Positions 13,201-25,168 of a DNA stretch of 64,000 nt are shown here, in pieces. This DNA is from Auanema rhodensis (lineage: Eukaryota; Animalia; Nematoda): positions 248,001-312,000 of the forward strand of contig CAXKVF010000080.1 of NCBI GenBank assembly GCA_964057225.1, written 5' to 3'. Within the stretch, counting starts at the first letter, position 1. The number at the start of each line of letters is the position of its first letter. The notes beneath the pieces were generated by a model, which saw only the letters and a list, made by a program, of their open reading frames with translations, was not told where the DNA came from and made no database searches. Both the position numbers and the translations under genes were made by a program.

Positions 13201-14432
13201 ATGTACACGTGATGTGCACTTGGTATGTAACTCGCTTCACGTGAAAGATAAAGAGATGCGGTTTTCAAAATTAGATTCCCCATGTCCATATTAGTCTAAA
13301 AACAAATTTTTATTGATATTGCTTCATGGTAACCATGACTTTGAAATTTACGTGAACTTTAATTTATGCTAATTAAATGTACACGTGATGTGCACTTGGT
13401 ATGTAACTCGCTTCACGTGAAAGATAAAGAGATGCGGTTTTCAAAATTAGATTCCCCATGTCCATATTAGTCTAAAAACAAATTTTTATTGATATTGCTT
13501 CATGGTAACCATGACTTTGAAATTTACGTGAACTTTAATTTATGCTAATTAAATGTACACGTGATGTGCACTTGGTATGTAACTCGCTTCACGTGAAAGA
13601 TAAAGAGATGCGGTTTTTAAAATTAGATTCCCCATGTCCATATTAGTCTCAAAACAAATTTTTATTGATATTGGTTCATGGTAACCATGACTTTGAAATT
13701 TACGTGAACTTTAATTTATGCTAATTAAATGTACACGTGATGTGCACTTGGTATGTAACTCGCTTCACGTGAAAGATAAAGAGATGCGGTTTTTAAAATT
13801 AGATTCCCCATGTCCATATTAGTCTCAAAACAAATTTTTATTGATATTGGTGCATGGTAACCATGACTTTGAAATTTACGTGAACTTTAATTTATGCTAA
13901 TTAAATGTACACGTGATGTGCACTTGGTATGTAACTCGCTTCACGTGAAAGATAAAGAGATGCGGTTTTCAAAATTAGATTCCCCATGTCCATATTAGTC
14001 TAAAAACAAATTTTTATTGATATTGGTGCATGGTAACCATGACTTTGAAATTTACGTGAACTTTAATTTATGCTAATTAAATGTACACGTGATGTGCACT
14101 TGGTAAGTAACTCGCTTCACGTGAAAGATAAAGAGATGCGGTTTTCAAAATTAGATTCCCCATGTCCATATTAGTTTAAAAAGAAATTTTTATTGATATT
14201 GGTGCATGGTAACCATGACTTTGAAATTTACGTGAACTTTAATTTATGCTAATTAAATGTACACGTGATGTGCACTTGGTATGTAACTCGCTTCACGTGA
14301 AAGATAAAGAGATGCGGTTTTCAAAATTAGATTCCCCATGTCCATATTAGTCTAAAAACAAATTTTTATTGATATTGGTGCATGGTAACCATGACTTTGA
14401 AATTTACGTGAACTTTAATTTATGCTAATTAA
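1233..14432. repeat. Approximately 6-kb tandem duplication within the array: monomers 8-40 (1233-7040) copied as monomers 42-82 (7217-14432) with secondary internal expansions
   Basis: Rare variants occur in the same order in both copies: T110C (monomers at 2113/8097), T49A+A50G+A68G (2817/8801), C40T+C80T+T141A (2993/8977), G74T+A98G (4049/10561), A50G+T111C (4225/10737), the C66T+A98C pair (6161,6337/13553,13729) and T26A+C96T+C103G (6689/14081). Confidence 0.9.
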
Positions 14433-17400
14433 ATGTACACGTGATGTGCACTTGGTATGTAACTCGCTTCACGTGAAAGATAAAGAGATGCGGTTTTCAA
14501 AATTATATTCCCCATGTCCATATTAGTTTAAAAACAAATTTTTATTGATATTGGTGCATGGTAACCATGACTTTGAAATTTACGTGAACTTTAATTTATG
14601 CTAATTAAATGTACACGTGATGTGCACTTGGTATGTAACTCGCTTCACGTGAAAGATAAAGAGATGCGGTTTTCAAAATTAGATTCCCCATGTCCATATT
14701 AGTCTAAAAACAAATTTTTATTGATATTGGTGCATGGTAACCATGACTTTGAAATTTACGTGAACTTTAATTTATGCTAATTAAATGTACACGTGATGTG
14801 CACTTGGTAAGTAACTCGCTTCACGTGAAAGATAAAGAGATGCGGTTTTCAAAATTAGATTCCCCATGTCCATATTAGTTTAAAAAGAAATTTTTATTGA
14901 TATTGGTGCATGGTAACCATGACTTTGAAATTTACGTGAACTTTAATTTATGCTAATTAAATGTACACGTGATGTGCACTTGGTATGTAACTCGCTTCAC
15001 GTGAAAGATAAAGAGATGCGGTTTTCAAAATTAGATTCCCCATGTCCATATTAGTCTAAAAACAAATTTTTATTGATATTGGTGCATGGTAACCATGACT
15101 TTGAAATTTACGTGAACTTTAATTTATGCTAATTAAATGTACACGTGATGTGCACTTGGTAAGTAACTCGCTTCACGTGAAAGATAAAGAGATGCGGTTT
15201 TCAAAATTAGATTCCCCATGTCCATATTAGTTTAAAAAGAAATTTTTATTGATATTGGTGCATGGTAACCATGACTTTGAAATTTACGTGAACTTTAATT
15301 TATGCTAATTAAATGTACACGTGATGTGCACTTGGTATGTAACTCGCTTCACGTGAAAGATAAAGAGATGCGGTTTTCAAAATTAGATTCCCCATGTCCA
15401 TATTAGTCTAAAAACAAATTTTTATTGATATTGGTGCATGGTAACCATGACTTTGAAATTTACGTGAACTTTAATTTATGCTAATTAAATGTACACGTGA
15501 TGTGCACTTGGTATGTAACTCGCTTCACGTGAAAGATAAAGAGATGCGGTTTTCAAAATTAGATTCCCCATGTCCATATTAGTCTAAAAACAAATTTTTA
15601 TTGATATTGGTTCATGGTAACCATGACTTTGAAATTTACGTGAACTTTAATTTATGCTAATTAAATGTACACGTGATGTGCACTTGGTATGTAACTCGCT
15701 TCACGTGAAAGATAAAGAGATGCGGTTTTCAAAATTAGATTCCCCATGTCCATATTAGTCTAAAAACAAATTTTTATTGATATTGGTTCATGGTAACCAT
15801 GACTTTGAAATTTACGTGAACTTTAATTTATGCTAATTAAATGTACACGTGATGTGCACTTGGTATGTAACTCGCTTCACGTGAAAGATAAAGAGATGCG
15901 GTTTTCAAAATTAGATTCCCCATGTCCATATTAGTCTCAAAACAAATTTTTATTGATATTGGTGCATGGTAACCATGACTTTGAAATTTACGTGAACTTT
16001 AATTCATGCTAATTAAATGTACACGTGATGTGCACTTGGTATGTAACTCGCTTCACGTGAAAGATAAAGAGATGCGGTTTTTAAAATTAGATTCCCCATG
16101 TCCATATTAGTCTCAAAACAAATTTTTATTGATATTGGTGCATGGTAACCATGACTTTGAAATTTACGTGAACTTTAATTTATGCTAATTAAATGTACAC
16201 GTGATGTGCACTTGGTATGTAACTCGCTTCACGTGAAAGATAAAGAGATGCGGTTTTCAAAATTAGATTCCCCATGTCCATATTAGTTTAAAAACAAATT
16301 TTTATTGATATTGGTGCATGGTAACCATGACTTTGAAATTTACGTGAACTTTAATTTATGCTAATTAAATGTACACGTGATGTGCACTTGGTATGTAACT
16401 CGCTTCACGTGAAAGATAAAGAGATGCGGTTTTCAAAATTATATTCCCCATGTCCATATTAGTTTAAAAACAAATTTTTATTGATATTGCTTCATGGTAA
16501 CCATGACTTTGAAATTTACGTGAACTTTAATTTATGCTAATTAAATGTACACGTGATGTGCACTTGGTATGTAACTCGCTTCACGTGAAAGATAAAGAGA
16601 TGCGGTTTTCAAAATTAGATTCCCCATGTCCATATTAGTCTAAAAACAAATTTTTATTGATATTGGTGCATGGTAACCATGACTTTGAAATTTACGTGAA
16701 CTTTAATTTATGCTAATTAAATGTACACGTGATGTGCACTTGGTATGTAACTCGCTTCACGTGAAAGATAAAGAGATGCGGTTTTCAAAATTAGATTCCC
16801 CATGTCCATATTAGTCTAAAAACAAATTTTTATTGATATTGCTTCATGGTAACCATGACTTTGAAATTTACGTGAACTTTAATTTATGCTAATTAAATGT
16901 ACACGTGATGTGCACTTGGTATGTAACTCGCTTCACGTGAAAGATAAAGAGATGCGGTTTTCAAAATTAGATTCCCCATGTCCATATTAGTCTAAAAACA
17001 AATTTTTATTGATATTGCTTCATGGTAACCATGACTTTGAAATTTACGTGAACTTTAATTTATGCTAATTAAATGTACACGTGATGTGCACTTGGTATGT
17101 AACTCGCTTCACGTGAAAGATAAAGAGATGCGGTTTTTAAAATTAGATTCCCCATGTCCATATTAGTCTCAAAACAAATTTTTATTGATATTGGTTCATG
17201 GTAACCATGACTTTGAAATTTACGTGAACTTTAATTTATGCTAATTAAATGTACACGTGATGTGCACTTGGTATGTAACTCGCTTCACGTGAAAGATAAA
17301 GAGATGCGGTTTTCAAAATTAGATTCCCCATGTCCATATTAGTCTAAAAACAAATTTTTATTGATATTGGTGCATGGTAACCATGACTTTGAAATTTACG

Positions 17401-17952
17401 TGAACTTTAATTTATGCTAATTAAATGTACACGTGATGTGCACTTGGTATGTAACTCGCTTCACGTGAAAGATAAAGAGATGCGGTTTTCAAAATTAGAT
17501 TCCCCATGTCCATATTAGTCTAAAAACAAATTTTTATTGATATTGGTGCATGGTAACCATGACTTTGAAATTTACGTGAACTTTAATTTATGCTAATTAA
17601 ATGTACACGTGATGTGCACTTGGTATGTAACTCGCTTCACGTGAAAGATAAAGAGATGCGGTTTTCAAAATTAGATTCCCCATGTCCATATTAGTCTAAA
17701 AACAAATTTTTATTGATATTGGTTCATGGTAACCATGACTTTGAAATTTATGTGAACTTTAATTTATGCTAATTAAATGTACACGTGATGTGCACTTGGT
17801 ATGTAACTCGCTTCACGTGAAAGATAAAGAGATGCGGTTTTCAAAATTAGATTCCCCATGTCCATATTAGTCTAAAAACAAATTTTTATTGATATTGCTT
17901 CATGGTAACCATGACTTTGAAATTTACGTGAACTTTAATTTATGCTAATTAA

Positions 17953-20900
17953 ATGTACACGTGATGTGCACTTGGTATGTAACTCGCTTCACGTGAAAGA
18001 TAAAGAGATGCGGTTTTCAAAATTAGATTCCCCCTGTCCATATTAGTCTAAAAACAAATTTTTATTGATATTGCTTCATGGTAACCATGATTTTGAAATT
18101 TACGTGAACTTTAATTTATGCTAATTAAATGTACACGTGATGTGCACTTGGTATGTAACTCGCTTCACGTGAAAGATAAAGAGATGCGGTTTTCAAAATT
18201 AGATTCCCCATGTCCATATTAGTCTAAAAACAAATTTTTATTGATATTGCTTCATGGTAACCATGACTTTGAAATTTACGTGAACTTTAATTTATGCTAA
18301 TTAAATGTACACGTGATGTGCACTTGGTATGTAACTCGCTTCACGTGAAAGATAAAGAGATGCGGTTTTCAAAATTAGATTCCCCCTGTCCATATTAGTC
18401 TAAAAACAAATTTTTATTGATATTGCTTCATGGTAACCATGACTTTGAAATTTACGTGAACTTTAATTTATGCTAATTAAATGTACACGTGATGTGCACT
18501 TGGTATGTAACTCGCTTCACGTGAAAGATAAAGAGATGCGGTTTTCAAAATTAGATTCCCCATGTCCATATTAGTCTAAAAACAAATTTTTATTGATATT
18601 GCTTCATGGTAACCATGACTTTGAAATTTACGTGAACTTTAATTTATGCTAATTAAATGTACACGTGATGTGCACTTGGTATGTAACTCGCTTCACGTGA
18701 AAGATAAAGAGATGCGGTTTTCAAAATTAGATTCCCCATGTCCATATTAGTCTAAAAACAAATTTTTATTGATATTGGTGCATGGTAACCATGACTTTGA
18801 AATTTACGTGAACTTTAATTTATGCTAATTAAATGTACACGTGATGTGCACTTGGTATGTAACTCGGTTCACGTGAAAGATAAAGAGATGCGGTTTTCAA
18901 AATTAGATTCCCCATGTCCATATTAGTCTAAAAACAAATTTTTATTGATATTGCTTCATGGTAACCATGACTTTGAAATTTACGTGAACTTTAATTTATG
19001 CTAATTAAATGTACACGTGATGTGCACTTGGTATGTAACTCGCTTCACGTGAAAGATAAAGAGATGCGGTTTTCAAAATTAGATTCCCCATGTCCATATT
19101 AGTCTCAAAACAAATTTTTATTGATATTGCTTCATGGTAACCATGACTTTGAAATTTACGTGAACTTTAATTTATGCTAATTAAATGTACACGTGATGTG
19201 CACTTGGTATGTAACTCGCTTCACGTGAAAGATAAAGAGATGCGGTTTTCAAAATTAGATTCCCCATATCCATATTAGTCTAAAAACAAATTTTTATTGA
19301 TATTGGTGCATGGTAACCATGACTTTGAAATTTACGTGAACTTTAATTTATGCTAATTAAATGTACACGTGATGTGCACTTGGTATGTAACTCGCTTCAC
19401 GTGAAAGATAAAGAGATGCGGTTTTCAAAATTAGATTCCCCATGTCCATATTAGTCTAAAAACAAATTTTTATTGATATTGCTTCATGGTAACCATGACT
19501 TTGAAATTTACGTGAACTTTAATTTATGCTAATTAAATGTACACGTGATGTGCACTTGGTATGTAACTCGCTTCACGTGAAAGATAAAGAGATGCGGTTT
19601 TCAAAATTAGATTCCCCATGTCCATATTAGTCTAAAAACAAATTTTTATTGATATTGCTTCATGGTAACCATGACTTTGAAATTTACGTGAACTTTAATT
19701 TATGCTAATTAAATGTACACGTGATGTGCACTTGGTATGTAACTCGCTTCACGTGAAAGATAAAGAGATGCGGTTTTCAAAATTAGATTCCCCATGTCCA
19801 TATTAGTCTCAAAACAAATTTTTATTGATATTGCTTCATGGTAACCATGACTTTGAAATTTACGTGAACTTTAATTTATGCTAATTAAATGTACACGTGA
19901 TGTGCACTTGGTATGTAACTCGCTTCACGTGAAAGATAAAGAGATGCGGTTTTCAAAATTAGATTCCCCATATCCATATTAGTCTAAAAACAAATTTTTA
20001 TTGATATTGGTGCATGGTAACCATGACTTTGAAATTTACGTGAACTTTAATTTATGCTAATTAAATGTACACGTGATGTGCACTTGGTATGTAACTCGCT
20101 TCACGTGAAAGATAAAGAGATGCGGTTTTCAAAATTAGATTCCCCATGTCCATATTAGTCTAAAAACAAATTTTTATTGATATTGCTTCATGGTAACCAT
20201 GACTTTGAAATTTACGTGAACTTTAATTTATGCTAATTAAATGTACACGTGATGTGCACTTGGTATGTAACTCGCTTCACGTGAAAGATAAAGAGATGCG
20301 GTTTTCAAAATTAGATTCCCCATGTCCATATTAGTCTAAAAACAAATTTTTATTGATATTGCTTCATGGTAACCATGACTTTGAAATTTACGTGAACTTT
20401 AATTTATGCTAATTAAATGTACACGTGATGTGCACTTGGTATGTAACTCGCTTCACGTGAAAGATAAAGAGATGCGGTTTTTAAAATTAGATTCCCCATG
20501 TCCATATTAGTCTCAAAACAAATTTTTATTGATATTGGTGCATGGTAACCATGACTTTGAAATTTACGTGAACTTTAATTTATGCTAATTAAATGTACAC
20601 GTGATGTGCACTTGGTATGTAACTCGCTTCACGTGAAAGATAAAGAGATGCGGTTTTCAAAATTAGATTCCCCATGTCCATATTAGTCTAAAAACAAATT
20701 TTTATTGATATTGCTTCATGGTAACCATGACTTTGAAATTTACGTGAACTTTAATTTATGCTAATTAAATGTACACGTGATGTGCACTTGGTATGTAACT
20801 CGCTTCACGTGAAAGATAAAGAGATGCGGTTTTCAAAATTAGATTCCCCATGTCCATATTAGTCTAAAAACAAATTTTTATTGATATTGCTTCATGGTAA

Positions 20901-23232
20901 CCATGACTTTGAAATTTACGTGAACTTTAATTTATGCTAATTAAATGTACACGTGATGTGCACTTGGTATGTAACTCGCTTCACGTGAAAGATAAAGAGA
21001 TGCGGTTTTTAAAATTAGATTCCCCATGTCCATATTAGTCTCAAAACAAATTTTTATTGATATTGGTGCATGGTAACCATGACTTTGAAATTTACGTGAA
21101 CTTTAATTTATGCTAATTAAATGTACACGTGATGTGCACTTGGTATGTAACTCGGTTCACGTGAAAGATAAAGAGATGCGGTTTTCAAAATTAGATTCCC
21201 CATGTCCATATTAGTCTAAAAACAAATTTTTATTGATATTGCTTCATGGTAACCATGACTTTGAAATTTACGTGAACTTTAATTTATGCTAATTAAATGT
21301 ACACGTGATGTGCACTTGGTATGTAACTCGCTTCACGTGAAAGATAAAGAGATGCGGTTTTCAAAATTAGATTCCCCATGTCCATATTAGTCTAAAAACA
21401 AATTTTTATTGATATTGCTTCATGGTAACCATGATTTTGAAATTTACGTGAACTTTAATTTATGCTAATTAAATGTACACGTGATGTGCACTTGGTATGT
21501 AACTCGCTTCACGTGAAAGATAAAGAGATGCGGTTTTCAAAATTAGATTCCCCATGTCCATATTAGTCTAAAAACAAATTTTTATTGATATTGCTTCATG
21601 GTAACCATGACTTTGAAATTTACGTGAACTTTAATTTATGCTAATTAAATGTACACGTGATGTGCACTTGGTATGTAACTCGCTTCACGTGAAAGATAAA
21701 GAGATGCGGTTTTCAAAATTAGATTCCCCCTGTCCATATTAGTCTAAAAACAAATTTTTATTGATATTGCTTCATGGTAACCATGACTTTGAAATTTACG
21801 TGAACTTTAATTTATGCTAATTAAATGTACACGTGATGTGCACTTGGTATGTAACTCGCTTCACGTGAAAGATAAAGAGATGCGGTTTTCAAAATTAGAT
21901 TCCCCCTGTCCATATTAGTCTAAAAACAAATTTTTATTGATATTGCTTCATGGTAACCATGATTTTGAAATTTACGTGAACTTTAATTTATGCTAATTAA
22001 ATGTACACGTGATGTGCACTTGGTATGTAACTCGCTTCACGTGAAAGATAAAGAGATGCGGTTTTCAAAATTAGATTCCCCATGTCCATATTAGTCTAAA
22101 AACAAATTTTTATTGATATTGCTTCATGGTAACCATGACTTTGAAATTTACGTGAACTTTAATTTATGCTAATTAAATGTACACGTGATGTGCACTTGGT
22201 ATGTAACTCGCTTCACGTGAAAGATAAAGAGATGCGGTTTTCAAAATTAGATTCCCCCTGTCCATATTAGTCTAAAAACAAATTTTTATTGATATTGCTT
22301 CATGGTAACCATGACTTTGAAATTTACGTGAACTTTAATTTATGCTAATTAAATGTACACGTGATGTGCACTTGGTATGTAACTCGCTTCACGTGAAAGA
22401 TAAAGAGATGCGGTTTTCAAAATTAGATTCCCCATGTCCATATTAGTCTAAAAACAAATTTTTATTGATATTGCTTCATGGTAACCATGACTTTGAAATT
22501 TACGTGAACTTTAATTTATGCTAATTAAATGTACACGTGATGTGCACTTGGTATGTAACTCGCTTCACGTGAAAGATAAAGAGATGCGGTTTTCAAAATT
22601 AGATTCCCCATGTCCATATTAGTCTAAAAACAAATTTTTATTGATATTGGTGCATGGTAACCATGACTTTGAAATTTACGTGAACTTTAATTTATGCTAA
22701 TTAAATGTACACGTGATGTGCACTTGGTATGTAACTCGGTTCACGTGAAAGATAAAGAGATGCGGTTTTCAAAATTAGATTCCCCATGTCCATATTAGTC
22801 TAAAAACAAATTTTTATTGATATTGCTTCATGGTAACCATGACTTTGAAATTTACGTGAACTTTAATTTATGCTAATTAAATGTACACGTGATGTGCACT
22901 TGGTATGTAACTCGCTTCACGTGAAAGATAAAGAGATGCGGTTTTCAAAATTAGATTCCCCATGTCCATATTAGTCTCAAAACAAATTTTTATTGATATT
23001 GCTTCATGGTAACCATGACTTTGAAATTTACGTGAACTTTAATTTATGCTAATTAAATGTACACGTGATGTGCACTTGGTATGTAACTCGCTTCACGTGA
23101 AAGATAAAGAGATGCGGTTTTCAAAATTAGATTCCCCATATCCATATTAGTCTAAAAACAAATTTTTATTGATATTGGTGCATGGTAACCATGACTTTGA
23201 AATTTACGTGAACTTTAATTTATGCTAATTAA
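17953..23232. repeat. 8-monomer block present twice (17953-19360 and 21825-23232) flanking 4-mer and 3-mer tandem duplications
   Basis: Both copies have the same series: A82C+C139T, plain, A82C, plain, GGTG, C35G, A98C, G84A. Confidence 0.88.
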
Positions 23233-25168
23233 ATGTACACGTGATGTGCACTTGGTATGTAACTCGCTTCACGTGAAAGAAGAAGAGATGCGGTTTTCAA
23301 AATTAGATTCCCCATGTCCATATTAGTCTAAAAACAAATTTTTATTGATATTGGTTCATGGTAACCATGACTTTGAAATTTACGTGAACTTTAATTTATG
23401 CTAATTAAATGTACACGTGATGTGCACTTGGTATGTAACTCGCTTCATGTGAAAGATAAAGAGATGCGGTTTTCAAAATTAGATTCCCCATGTCCATATT
23501 AGTCTAAAAACAAATTTTTATTGATATTGGTTCATGGTAACCATGACTTTGAAATTTACGTGAACTTTAATTTATGCTAATTAAATGTACACGTGATGTG
23601 CACTTGGTATGTAACTCGCTTCACGTGAAAGATAAAGAGATGCGGTTTTCAAAATTAGATTCCCCATGTCCATATTAGTCTAAAATCAAATTTTTATTGA
23701 TATTGGTTCATGGTAACCATGACTTTGAAATTTACGTGAACTTTAATTTATGCTAATTAAATGTACACGTGATGTGCACTTGGTATGTAACTCGCTTCAC
23801 GTGAAAGATAAAGAGATGCGGTTTTCAAAATTAGATTCCCCATGTCCATATTAGTCTAAAAACAAATTTTTATTGATATTGGTGCATGGTAACCATGACT
23901 TTGAAATTTACGTGAACTTTAATTTATGCTAATTAAATGTACACGTGATGTGCACTTGGTATGTAACTCGCTTCACGTGAAAGATAAAGAGATGCGGTTT
24001 TCAAAATTAGATTCCCCATGTCCATATTAGTCTAAAAACAAATTTTTATTGATATTGGTTCATGGTAACCATGACTTTGAAATTTACGTGAACTTTAATT
24101 TATGCTAATTAAATGTACACGTGATGTGCACTTGGTATGTAACTCGCTTCACGTGTAAGAAGAAGAGATGCGGTTTTCAAAATTAGATTCCCCATGTCCA
24201 TATTAGTCTAAAAACAAATTTTTATTGATATTGGTTCATGGTAACCATGACTTTGAAATTTACGTGAACTTTAATTTATGCTAATTAAATGTACACGTGA
24301 TGTGCACTTGGTATGTAACTCGCTTCATGTGAAAGATAAAGAGATGCGGTTTTCAAAATTAGATTCCCCATGTCCATATTAGTCTAAAAACAAATTTTTA
24401 TTGATATTGGTTCATGGTAACCATGACTTTGAAATTTACGTGAACTTTAATTTATGCTAATTAAATGTACACGTGATGTGCACTTGGTATGTAACTCGCT
24501 TCACGTGAAAGATAAAGAGATGCGGTTTTCAAAATTAGATTCCCCATGTCCATATTAGTCTAAAAACAAATTTTTATTGATATTGGTGCATGGTAACCAT
24601 GACTTTGAAATTTACGTGAACTTTAATTTATGCTAATTAAATGTACACGTGATGTGCACTTGGTATGTAACTCGCTTCACGTGAAAGATGAAGAGATGCG
24701 GTTTTCAAAATTAGATTCCCCATGTCCATATTAGTCTAAAAACAAATTTTTATTGATATTGGTGCATGGTAACCATGACTTTGAAATTTACGTGAACTTT
24801 AATTTATGCTAATTAAATGTACACGTGATGTGCACTTGGTATGTAACTCGCTTCACGTGAAAGATAAAGAGATGCGGTTTTCAAAATTATATTCCCCATG
24901 TCCATATTAGTTTAAAAACAAATTTTTATTGATATTGGTGCATGGTAACCATGACTTTGAAACTTACGTGAACTTTAATTTATGCTAATTAAATGTACAC
25001 GTGATGTGCACTTGGTATGTAACTCGCTTCACGTGAAAGATAAAGAGATGCGGTTTTCAAAATTAGATTCCCCATGTCCATATTAGTCTAAAAACAAATT
25101 TTTATTGATATTGGTTCATGGTAACCATGACTTTGAAATTTACGTGAACTTTAATTTATGCTAATTAA

